Source: Spirochaetota bacterium
GTDB taxonomy: Bacteria > Spirochaetota > UBA6919 > CBDBPB01
Direction: 5' to 3'
Length of the DNA: 64,000 nucleotides
NCBI GenBank assembly: GCA_965208615.1
Contig: CBDBPB010000004.1
Location: forward strand, 96,001-160,000
Shown here: positions 52,622 to 61,851 of the stretch, piece after piece
Position numbering within the stretch: position 1 is the stretch's first letter
Layout of the letters: each line of letters opens with the position of its first letter
Position numbers and translations under genes: made by a program
Notes under the pieces: model-generated
Database searches by the model: none
The model's input: the letters and a program-made list of their open reading frames with translations, nothing else
What the model was told of the DNA's origin: nothing

Positions 52622-55272
52622 CCCAATAGACTAAGATTATCCCTTAGCTTATCCAAATTAATACTAAACTCCTTTAGCTTATCCTTTTCCTTTTGGATAA
52701 CTATATCCTTAGCTTTGTTTATAAAATCATTATTCTGGAGTTTTTTATTAGTTCTAGTGAGTTCTTTTTCGAGCTTATTTATTTCTTTTACAGTTCTATC
52801 CTTTTCTTTATCTATATCTATTACGCCTTTTAGAGGGATGTATAACTCATAACCACTACCAATACTATATGCACAACCAGAATCCATACTAAACTCGTCT
52901 CTAATGCTCATCGACTCTAACTTAGCAAGACTATTAATATATTCACTATGATTATTTAATAAAGTTATTACGTTGTTATCAGTGGCCTTTACAACAATAT
53001 TAACCCTTTTATCAGGAGGTATGTTCATCTCACCCCTTATATTACGAATGCTATAAACAATCTCCTTAATTATAGCCATGTTCTTTTCTGCAGTGTTATA
53101 TGAATATTCACTGTTCACCTTGGGATAACTGCTAACCATAATACTATCCCCATCATGGGATAGCTTTTGCCACACTTCCTCTGTGATAAAAGGCATAATA
53201 GGGTGTAAAAGCTTTAAACTCTCTGATAACACATATACCAAAATGGATAAACTATTCTCTTTCTCTTTAACAGACTCACCATACAGCTTAATTTTGGATA
53301 ATTCAATATACCAATCACAAAAATCATGCCAGATAAAGTCATAGAGAGCCATAGCAAAATCATTGAACCTATAAGAACTCAAATAATTATCAGACTTAAG
53401 AATTACATTATTTAAGCTGGTTAATATCCACTTATCAGCCAAGCTTAAACAGTCTTTATCAATAGGGTTTATACTATAATTCTTTATATTCATAAGTATA
53501 TACCTTGATGCATTCCATATCTTATTGGCAAACCTTGTACCCACTAAAAAGTCATTTTCTTTATCAGAAAAGGATAACTTAATATCAAGTCCCATAGGAG
53601 ATAAACTGGTAATAGTAAACCTAAGAGCATCTGCACCATGCTTATTTATTACTTTTAGTGGATCTATACCGTTACCCAATGACTTACTCATTTTTCTACC
53701 CAGCTTATCCCTCACCGTTGAATGAAGGTATACCTCAGAATATGGTATATCATCCATAAAGTACAGCCCAGCCATAATCATTCTGGCAACCCAAAAGAAT
53801 AATATCTCCGGAGCAGTGGATAAAACATTAGTAGGATAAAAATAACTAAGCTCCTTAGTCTTGTCAGGCCAACCCATAGTAGAAAAAGGCCACAACATAG
53901 ACGAAAACCATGTATCCAATACATCATTATCCTGTTCCAAAGGGCAATTACACTTGGGACAGCTATTAGGATCCTCTCTGGTAACTATAATCTCATTACA
54001 ATTAGTACAAGTCCAAACTGGTATTCTATGTCCCCACCATATCTGCCTACTAATACACCAATCCTCTATGTTGTCCATCCAGTGTATATATACCTTTTTA
54101 TGCTTAGACGGATAAAAACGTATTTCATTATTCTCAACAACCTCCTTAGCCTTTTTAGCAAGGGGTTTCATCTTTACAAACCACTGATCAGATAAATAAG
54201 GCTCCACCATTGTGGAACATCTATAACAATGTCCAACATTATGTATGTGATCAATCTTTTTAATAAATAGTCCCTGGTTAATAAGATCATTAACAACCTT
54301 CTTTCTGCACTCAAAGCGGTCTAAGCCCTTATAGTTATTCCCTGCATCCTCACTCATAGTGCCATTGGGGTTCATTATATTAATCTGTTTTAGATTATGC
54401 CTCTTAGCAATTAAAAAATCATTGGGATCATGAGCTGGAGTAACCTTAACAGCACCAGTACCAAAATCCATCTTACTATGCCTATCAGCTATTATAGGTA
54501 TCTCTCTGTTTACCAGTGGGAGTATTAAGGTTTTACCTATAAGATGTTTATACCTATTATCATTGGGATTAACAGCTACAGCGGTATCCCCAAGCATAGT
54601 CTCTGGACGAGTAGTAGCAATCTCAATATATTTATCGCTATTTTTGATCATATATTTTATGTGATAAAAAAAGCCGCTTATAGACTCATAATCAACCTCT
54701 TCGTTGCTAAGAGCTGTCCCACACCTCGGACACCAATTTACTATATACTTACCCTTATATATTAATCCATCCTCATATAAGCGTACAAACACCTCTCTTA
54801 CAGCTTTAGACAGTCCAGGATCCATTGTAAACCGTTCTCTATCCCAATCGCAGGAACATCCCATAGCTTTTAGCTGATTTATAATTATACTACCATATTG
54901 TTCTTTCCACTTCCAGACTTCTTTTATGAAGTCCTCTCTTGTGTAGTCGTGTCTGGACTTATTCTTAGCGGATAATTCTTTCTCTACCACGTTTTGAGTG
55001 GCTATACCCGCATGATCAGTACCAGGCATCCAAAGAGTATTATAACCCTGCATTCTTTTCCAGCGGATTAGTATATCCTGTATGGTATTATTTAGACCAT
55101 GTCCCATGTGTAAATGAGAGGTTATATTAGGTGGAGGTATAACAATGGTAAACGGCTCTATCTTATTATTAGGACTGGCATTAAAATAACCTTTCTTTTC
55201 CCAAAAGCTAAACCATTTTTGTTCAAAGTCTTTTGGATTATAAATCTTAGGCAGTTCAGACACTATAAACAC
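52618..55272 (-). CDS. valS: Valyl-tRNA synthetase
   Basis: PPPNIT..HMGH, DHAGIATQ, ATTRPET, KMSKS, C-terminal coiled coil. Confidence 0.98.
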   Translation of the reverse strand: MFIVSELPKIYNPKDFEQKWFSFWEKKGYFNASPNNKIEPFTIVIPPPNITSHLHMGHGLNNTIQDILIRWKRMQGYNTLWMPGTDHAGIATQNVVEKELSAKNKSRHDYTREDFIKEVWKWKEQYGSIIINQLKAMGCSCDWDRERFTMDPGLSKAVREVFVRLYEDGLIYKGKYIVNWCPRCGTALSNEEVDYESISGFFYHIKYMIKNSDKYIEIATTRPETMLGDTAVAVNPNDNRYKHLIGKTLILPLVNREIPIIADRHSKMDFGTGAVKVTPAHDPNDFLIAKRHNLKQINIMNPNGTMSEDAGNNYKGLDRFECRKKVVNDLINQGLFIKKIDHIHNVGHCYRCSTMVEPYLSDQWFVKMKPLAKKAKEVVENNEIRFYPSKHKKVYIHWMDNIEDWCISRQIWWGHRIPVWTCTNCNEIIVTREDPNSCPKCNCPLEQDNDVLDTWFSSMLWPFSTMGWPDKTKELSYFYPTNVLSTAPEILFFWVARMIMAGLYFMDDIPYSEVYLHSTVRDKLGRKMSKSLGNGIDPLKVINKHGADALRFTITSLSPMGLDIKLSFSDKENDFLVGTRFANKIWNASRYILMNIKNYSINPIDKDCLSLADKWILTSLNNVILKSDNYLSSYRFNDFAMALYDFIWHDFCDWYIELSKIKLYGESVKEKENSLSILVYVLSESLKLLHPIMPFITEEVWQKLSHDGDSIMVSSYPKVNSEYSYNTAEKNMAIIKEIVYSIRNIRGEMNIPPDKRVNIVVKATDNNVITLLNNHSEYINSLAKLESMSIRDEFSMDSGCAYSIGSGYELYIPLKGVIDIDKEKDRTVKEINKLEKELTRTNKKLQNNDFINKAKDIVIQKEKDKLKEFSINLDKLRDNLSLLG

Positions 55273-55501
55273 CTCATTATTTTATAGGGATTTAGTTGTT
55301 TTGGGGTTATATTTACGGCTAACTATTATCTATCTTTCAAAATAACAGTTAAATATACTGGTTTATAATTTAGTAAAAAAAACATTAAGGGTGGACTATT
55401 TTTTTTTATATTTTAGCTTTCTTATCCAAAATATAGATGTTAATGATAGTTCTAATGCCTGCAAGCCAAACATAACTATGATAAAAATAATAAGTTAATA
55501 T

Positions 55502-55576
55502 AAAAAAAGCTAAGAAGTTAACTTCTTAGCTTTAACTGTCATAAACAGCCCTAGCTCTAACTAGGGAACTGTTTAT
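55502..55576 (-). terminator. Double hairpin terminator after the Cys-rich lipoprotein gene
   Basis: 28-bp perfect palindrome 55506-55533 with a minus-strand U tract; second stem ATAAACAG..CCCTAG/CTAGGG..CTGTTTAT at 55541-55576. Confidence 0.75.
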
Positions 55577-55579
55577 TTA

Positions 55580-57082
55580 TTAATTTGTGTCATCATCTTT
55601 TTTACACTCTTCAGCCTCTTCAGACGTATTAATCCAACTAATAGCTTCATAACCTCCTGTTTCACATTCTTTAGCACTCTTTCCACATCTTATAAGCTTA
55701 TGGGTTCTCCTGTCGGTAATTTTACATAGTTTATCACCAGGAGTACATTGGCTAGGACCCCAATGACTACTAGTATAGTTAGGTTTTTTTCCTTCTTCAT
55801 CACAATCCTCTTCAGTCTTAAAATCACATGTCCTGCTCACATAAGAGGGCTTACCTCCTAATTTAATATCTTTATCCAACTGACACAATTTCGTTTCAGC
55901 TGTTTCAGACTCTTCACATTTAGTATCCACAACCCACTCAGCTTTACTAGCACTAGTTTTTTTAATAGATCCATCATCATTACGATCTATAATTTCACTA
56001 AATTTATTAGTGTTACAATCTGAGTTTGCTTCGACTGTACTATCACATGTAATTTTAGATTTCTTAGCAATCACTTTAGCCTCAGGCTTATTACTATCGA
56101 TAATAGTTTCAGTCAGTTTTGTAACCTTACATATATGTTTTATTGGAATACACGTATTTGAACCCGTCAACCATTTAATTGTTCGTGGATTACCTTGCTT
56201 CTTATTATCATTAACCTTTTTCTCAAAAACTGATCTTGGTATTTTTAGACATTCTACATTTTTAGTGGCACCCGTTTCAACACTAACTACATTCTCACCA
56301 TCTCTACAAACTACCCCTCCCCACTTAACTTCAACGCCAGTTCCAGGACCATCCGTATTCTTAGCATTACAAGCGGCTTGAGTTATATAATTGTCAATAC
56401 CCCTTTTCCCACATGCCGTAGTAACATCAGTAATTTTACCACTAGCATCCTTAGTCGCAGTAATAGTCCTACATAATCCAATCTCCACAGTCTCTACTTT
56501 ACAAGCAGCTCTATCAACCCATTTATTACTACTAGTACAGGCTGATTTTGTTACGTCAGTATTACATTTAGTGGTAACTTTTCTCTTTAGGGGCGAATTG
56601 CCAATATCATTAGTAGTAGAACTCTCACATGCTCTCTCAGCAGTCACTGGGCTAGGACATGTAGCAGACTTAACAACCCATTCCTTATCTTCACCAGTAC
56701 ATGTTGATTTTAGTGTGCTCTCACATTCAGTATTGATTGTTGTCTGACCCACTTTAGTATTATCTTCAGTTCTAATCAGACATTCTTTAGGACCTTTTAT
56801 ACACTTACTTGCTTCAACCAACTTAGCTTCAGCATTAGGAGCCTTACCCTTAGCAGTACAAGCGGCTTCATCAGCTACCTCTTCACATGTTGTTGTAACA
56901 TCAGTAATTTCACCATTAGCATTCTTAGTCGCAGTATCAATCTCACATAGTTGTGTTGCAGGGGCAGGTTTCTTATTTCCAGAACCAAGGACTTCGTTCA
57001 CCTGATCCTCCCCACAGCCTTTAGCCCCTATTGAAATAAAAAAAACCATAGCTGATAACAGTACAATTAATAGTTTTCCCAT
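55580..57082 (-). CDS. Cysteine-rich repeat lipoprotein
   Basis: AAGGAG RBS; hydrophobic signal ending GAKG-C23; 31 Cys in repeated modules. Confidence 0.8.
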   Translation of the reverse strand: MGKLLIVLLSAMVFFISIGAKGCGEDQVNEVLGSGNKKPAPATQLCEIDTATKNANGEITDVTTTCEEVADEAACTAKGKAPNAEAKLVEASKCIKGPKECLIRTEDNTKVGQTTINTECESTLKSTCTGEDKEWVVKSATCPSPVTAERACESSTTNDIGNSPLKRKVTTKCNTDVTKSACTSSNKWVDRAACKVETVEIGLCRTITATKDASGKITDVTTACGKRGIDNYITQAACNAKNTDGPGTGVEVKWGGVVCRDGENVVSVETGATKNVECLKIPRSVFEKKVNDNKKQGNPRTIKWLTGSNTCIPIKHICKVTKLTETIIDSNKPEAKVIAKKSKITCDSTVEANSDCNTNKFSEIIDRNDDGSIKKTSASKAEWVVDTKCEESETAETKLCQLDKDIKLGGKPSYVSRTCDFKTEEDCDEEGKKPNYTSSHWGPSQCTPGDKLCKITDRRTHKLIRCGKSAKECETGGYEAISWINTSEEAEECKKDDDTN

Positions 57083-57312
57083 ATTTACTCTCCTTAATTT
57101 AATATAAAATTTAAAATTTAGTGCAAAACACTATACTTTATTATAACTATTAATTTATAAATAACCAAATAAAAAGTCAATTTTTACTTAAAACTTTTTA
57201 AGCTATATAAAATATACAAAACAAAACCTTATAGGGTAGACTTATTACCTGAACTATATTTAGAGTATTAGAGTAACAAAAAACAGAAGGTTATTAATGG
57301 TTTTAACAGATA

Positions 57313-57560
57313 TTGTTATAAATTATTCAGCGGGTTATTATAAAAACGTTCTAAGGCGGTTTAGAACTTCTAAGTTTTTAGTATCAGGATATAAAGTTTA
57401 CTCTAATTTATACATACTTGTACAGTGCATATAGTAAAATAACGTTTGCTGAGGCTAAAATTATATACTTATTAAGTCTTAAAGCATTTGCCTTTCCATA
57501 AAGACATATAGCAGATTAATAGAATATTATATGTTGGTGTTATCCATAAAACTTTTGAAG
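57313..57560 (+). repeat. Diverged short copy of the element just upstream of copy C
   Basis: GCTGAGGCTAAAATTATATACTTATTAAGT..ATTTGCCTTTCCATAAAG..AGCAGATTA aligns with 59201-59274; end-like TTGTTATAAATTATTC..AAAACGTTCTAAG. Confidence 0.65.
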
Positions 57561-57622
57561 GCTGTCTGTAATACTTTATAACATAATATGTAACTTAAGC
57601 AATATAAAAAATAACCCAATAT

Positions 57623-59456
57623 TGTTAGTAATTGTTCTAATGGTATAGACCAAAAGTATTTTAAGTTAGAGTTAATAGCAAGCTGGTTTTAGCTAATACG
57701 ATGATTTTAAAGAAAAACATTGCTGATAGTATTAAAGAGGGGCTATTTATAATGCTTATAACTCAAGGATAACGGCTTCTCATAAAGTTGAGGTTGTTGA
57801 CTATGGGAATACATATAAACATGTACGTTTAGACTTTGAATTAGGGTTTATAATTGTTCTAGAGGTGTATACCAAAAGTATTTTAAGTTAGAGTTAATAG
57901 CAAGCTGGTTTTAGCTAATACGATGATTTTAAAGAAAAACATTGCTGATAGTATTAAAGAGGGGCTATTTATAATGCTTATAACTCAAGGATAACGGCTT
58001 CTCATAAAGTTGAGGTTGTTGACTATGGAAATACATATAAACATGTACGTTTAGACTTTGAATTAGGGTTTATAATTGTTCTAGAGGTGTAGACCAAAAG
58101 TATTTTAAGATAGAGTTAATAGCAAGCTGGTTTTAGCTAATACGATGATTTTCAAGAAAAACATTGCTGATAGTATTAAAGAGGGGCTATTTATAATGCT
58201 TATAACTCAAGGATAACGGCTTCTCATAAAGTTGAGGTTGTTGACTATGGAAATACGTATAAACATGTACGTTTAGACTTTGAATTAGGGTTTATAATTG
58301 TTCTAGAGGTGTAGACCAAAAGTATTTTAAGATAGAGTTAATAGCAAGCTGGTTTTAGCTAATACGATGATTTTCAAGAAAAACATTGCTGATAGTATTA
58401 AAGAGGGGCTATTTATAATGCTTATAACTCAAGGATAACGGCTTCTCATAAAGTTGAGGTTGTTGACTATGGGAATACATATAAACATGTACGTTTAGAC
58501 TTTGAATTAGGGTTTATAATTGTTCTAGAGGTGTAGACCAAAAGTATTTTAAGTTAGAGTTAATAGCAAGCTGGTTTTAGCTAATACGATGATTTTCAAG
58601 AAAAACATTGCTGATAGTATTAAAGAGGGGCTATTTATAATGCTTATAACTCAAGGATAACGGCTTCTCATAAAGTTGAGGTTGTTGACTATGGAAATAC
58701 GTATAAACATGTACGTTTAGACTTTGAATTAGGGTTTATAATTGTTCTAGAGGTGTAGACCAAAAGTATTTTAAGTTAGTTTATCTTTTTAAACTTCCTA
58801 AAGTGCAGATAAAATCTATTTAGTAATTGTGTTGTAATAATTTTTTATCTAAAAGATATAATAATTAGTAGCACATAGGCAAACATAATAAGAAGGTATT
58901 TTTTGTGATAATTTAGGTTATTTAAAGGGATATTATTTAATAATTCAGTTATCATTTTATGATAGAATTATGACTAGTCATACAAGGTAAAAAGGCAAGA
59001 CATATAACGTAAAGGGAAGTGAATTCCAGATTTCTTTATGGAACAGGAAAGTTAAGATATTTATGAAAAAGTTATTTTCTTGTGTCAAGCAGGTTATCCC
59101 TTTATGCTCTTTAAGTGCTGTTTAAATGCCTTAGCAATGAACACAAAATATCACTTTTTATGCAAGTAGTCATCACTACGAGAGCTATTAAGAATCCCTT
59201 ACTGAGACTAAGAATTATAGACCTTTATTAAGTGATAACGGATTTGCCGTTCCATAAAGCTATAGAGCAGATTATTTAAATATCACATATTGACTTTATA
59301 TGTAATACTTCAAAAAGTATACCTAATCCTCTATGGGTAAATAACAAACAAAAAATAATCTACATAAAACCTCTTTACAATAAAAAACTAAAACCTTCAC
59401 TAACAAAATGCCTGATAGAACGTTTTTTGTTATATTTGCTAAAACGTTTGTTAACA
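57623..59456 (+). mobile_element. Non-coding TGT...ACA element, copy C (5 x 222-bp array plus full body)
   Basis: Starts TGTTAGTAATTGTTCTA and ends TAAAACGTTTGTTAACA; 58739-59456 matches copy A. Confidence 0.8.
57629..58738 (+). repeat. Tandem array of 5 x 222-bp units
   Basis: TAATTGTTCTA recurs at 57629, 57851, 58073, 58295, 58517 and 58739; units are nearly identical. Confidence 0.97.
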
Positions 59457-59462
59457 ACAATG

Positions 59463-59490
59463 TTGAAAAATTAACTTGTTTTGTTATAAT
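59463..59490 (+). promoter_or_regulatory. Sigma70 promoter for the DUF1385 gene
   Basis: TTGAAA-16 bp-TATAAT with extended -10 (TGtTATAAT). Confidence 0.65.
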
Positions 59491-59494
59491 ATAC

Positions 59495-59542
59495 ATTAAA
59501 TACTTTATTCAATCTAAAATTAAATACTTTATTCAATCTAAA
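59495..59542. repeat. Exact 24-bp tandem duplication
   Basis: ATTAAATACTTTATTCAATCTAAA twice. Confidence 0.95.
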
Positions 59543-59555
59543 AGGGGATAGTAAT

Positions 59556-60545
59556 TTGAAAAAAAATGAAATAAATGTTGGCGGACAGGCTCTAATAGAA
59601 GGCGTCATGATGAGAGGTAAAGATGACTACTTTCTTGCACTATTAAAAGAATCCGGAGAAATAAAGGTCATTCATAAAAAAATTAAGTCTATTACAAAAA
59701 AATATAAATTTCTAAAGCTACCATTCTTTAGAGGTATAATAGCCCTATTCCAAAACCTAACCATAGGTATGAAAAGCTTAACCTTATCCGCAAATGAAGC
59801 TCTACCAGAAAAAGATAAAATAAAATCTAAAAAAACAGAAGGTATAACCATCTTCTTTATGGTATTTTTATCCATCGTATTTGGAATGGGTATATTCGTT
59901 GCCATACCAAATATAGTAATAGAGGTAATGGGTGTAAAAGAGACAGCTGAACCTATGCTATTCCACCTTATATCTGGTTTATTAAGGCTTATTATGTTTG
60001 TATTATATGTTTATGGCATATCCCTAATGAAAGACATAAAAAGAGTATTTCAGTTCCACGGTGCAGAACATAAAGCCGTTAACGCATACGAGGCAAATAA
60101 AGAACTAAACCTAAATAATGCTAAAGAATGTAGCACTTATCACCCTAGATGCGGTACCTCATTTTTATTTTTCGTTTTTTTTATTTCAATATTCATATTT
60201 TCACTCGTACCAATAGCTTTACTATGGCTATTCCCATGGTTTGAACCACTACATATTATATTCCAAAAAATCATCTTAATAGGAAGTCATATAGTTCTTT
60301 TGCCTGTGGTAGCGTCAATCTCTTATGAGCTAATAAAACTAGCCTTTAAAAAACAAGATAATCCAATACTAAAAGCCATGAACCTACCAGGCTACTACAT
60401 ACAAAAATTAACCACTAAAGAACCAGATGATAAACAAATAGAAGTTGCTCTTACTGCCTTAAAAGAAGTTGTAAAACTAATTAGTCCTGAGTCTAATAAA
60501 GAACTAAATAATATAGTAGACCCTAAACCTGCTATGGTAAACTAA
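59556..60545 (+). CDS. DUF1385 family membrane protein
   Basis: GGQALIEGVMMRG, FQFHGAEHK, HPRCGTSF, LTTKEPD. Confidence 0.93.
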   Translation: MKKNEINVGGQALIEGVMMRGKDDYFLALLKESGEIKVIHKKIKSITKKYKFLKLPFFRGIIALFQNLTIGMKSLTLSANEALPEKDKIKSKKTEGITIFFMVFLSIVFGMGIFVAIPNIVIEVMGVKETAEPMLFHLISGLLRLIMFVLYVYGISLMKDIKRVFQFHGAEHKAVNAYEANKELNLNNAKECSTYHPRCGTSFLFFVFFISIFIFSLVPIALLWLFPWFEPLHIIFQKIILIGSHIVLLPVVASISYELIKLAFKKQDNPILKAMNLPGYYIQKLTTKEPDDKQIEVALTALKEVVKLISPESNKELNNIVDPKPAMVN

Positions 60546-60552
60546 TACAACT

Positions 60553-61338
60553 TTATGCCAAATGTTTATGAGCCATATCTACTATTAGTTTAAAGTCTAT
60601 GTTAACAGGGGGTTTTTGATCAGTTAAATAAATAAGAAACTCTATATTACCTTTAGGACCCTTTATAGGAGAGTGTATAGCCGAATAAGTATACAATCCC
60701 AATGAGTTAGCGTATATGTTAACCTTTTCTAAAGCATTAATATGATAAATAGACTGCTTAACTATACCCTTAAAGTTGCTTATGTCTTGTCCTACCTCAA
60801 ACTGAGGCTTAACTAAGGCAATAATTCTTTTATCGTAAATAGAGTTAAAAATAGGCTCTAACACCTTAGTCAGGGATATAAATGAAACATCAACCACTGC
60901 TAATTGTATTGGATGATTAAACATATCCCCAGTAAGGTTTTTAGCGTTAACCTTTTCTAAAACAATAACCCTAGGATGAACCCTAAACTTATAATCTATT
61001 TGATTGAATCCAACATCTATTGAGTAGACTAATCTTGCCCCATTCTGAATTAGACAATCGGTAAATCCACCAGTAGATGAACCTATATCAACGGTAACAA
61101 GATTTTTAACGTCTAAAGAAAAATAGCTTAATGCTTGCTCTAGTTTATATCCCCCTCTACTAACATACTTTTTAACACTTCTAAAGCGGATATTAACACT
61201 ATCATCGACTTTAATACCAGGTTTTGTTATAACTCTATTATTTACAATAACATCACCAGCAAGTATATGGCCTTTAGCTTTTTCGCGGGAGTTAACTATA
61301 TTACGTAGTACTAAAAGACTATCCAGTCTAAACTTCAT
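60553..61338 (-). CDS. tlyA: TlyA-family rRNA methyltransferase
   Basis: S4 domain, YVSRGGYKL, DIGSSTGGFTD, DVSFISL, VKPQFE, GNIEF. Confidence 0.95.
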   Translation of the reverse strand: MKFRLDSLLVLRNIVNSREKAKGHILAGDVIVNNRVITKPGIKVDDSVNIRFRSVKKYVSRGGYKLEQALSYFSLDVKNLVTVDIGSSTGGFTDCLIQNGARLVYSIDVGFNQIDYKFRVHPRVIVLEKVNAKNLTGDMFNHPIQLAVVDVSFISLTKVLEPIFNSIYDKRIIALVKPQFEVGQDISNFKGIVKQSIYHINALEKVNIYANSLGLYTYSAIHSPIKGPKGNIEFLIYLTDQKPPVNIDFKLIVDMAHKHLA

Positions 61339-61458
61339 TAATCATTATGTTAATATATCTATAGTTCATGTTTTATTGTTTCTCTTGGCATGGAAGTTAA
61401 TATATTGGATTATTTAACATAGATAGATTAGTTATTATATAGCATAATTAGTTAAAAC

Positions 61459-61671
61459 TTATCCTAAAATTGTAACATCTTGAGCCTGAGGCCCTTTTTT
61501 ACCTTCTGATACCGAGAACTCTACACGTTGCCCTTCTTCTAATGTACGAAAGCCATCACCTCTTATTCCACTATAGTGAACAAAAATATCCTTGCCTTCA
61601 TCTCTAACTATAAAGCCATAGCCCTTTGTTGCGTTAAACCACTTGACAGTCCCTGCTTCACGTTCTGTCAT
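61459..61671 (-). CDS. Cold-shock protein (CspA family)
   Basis: GTVKWFN..KGYGFI, DIFVHYS, KGPQA. Confidence 0.96.
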   Translation of the reverse strand: MTEREAGTVKWFNATKGYGFIVRDEGKDIFVHYSGIRGDGFRTLEEGQRVEFSVSEGKKGPQAQDVTILG

Positions 61672-61758
61672 TTGTATACCTCCAAAAAAAGAAAAAAATT
61701 ACCTTTGGCAAAAGTCTTAGAAAAGCGTTTATGTTAAGATGAGTGCCAAATTGATCAA

Positions 61759-61787
61759 AGTATAGTATAAACTTCTTAACTTGTCAA
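61759..61787 (-). promoter_or_regulatory. Sigma70 promoter of the cold-shock gene
   Basis: TTGACA-17 bp-TATACT, about 90 bp upstream of the start. Confidence 0.8.
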
Positions 61788-61851
61788 GCTAAATTTATTT
61801 ATACTATAACATTTTATACGCCTCTATATTATAAAACTAGACTATATAGTA

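Noticed and set aside
57629-58738. CRISPR array or 74-aa repeat protein gene
   Set aside because: Inter-core segments are identical and about 181 bp long; although 222 is divisible by 3, the ORF track shows no ORF of 60 aa or more here
2120-59905. Short antisense or overlapping ORFs in the track (e.g. 2120-2305, 8760-9020, 14225-14410, 14996-15214, 43468-45099, 56010-56747)
   Set aside because: Shadow frames of real genes or of repeats; no RBS or recognisable motifs
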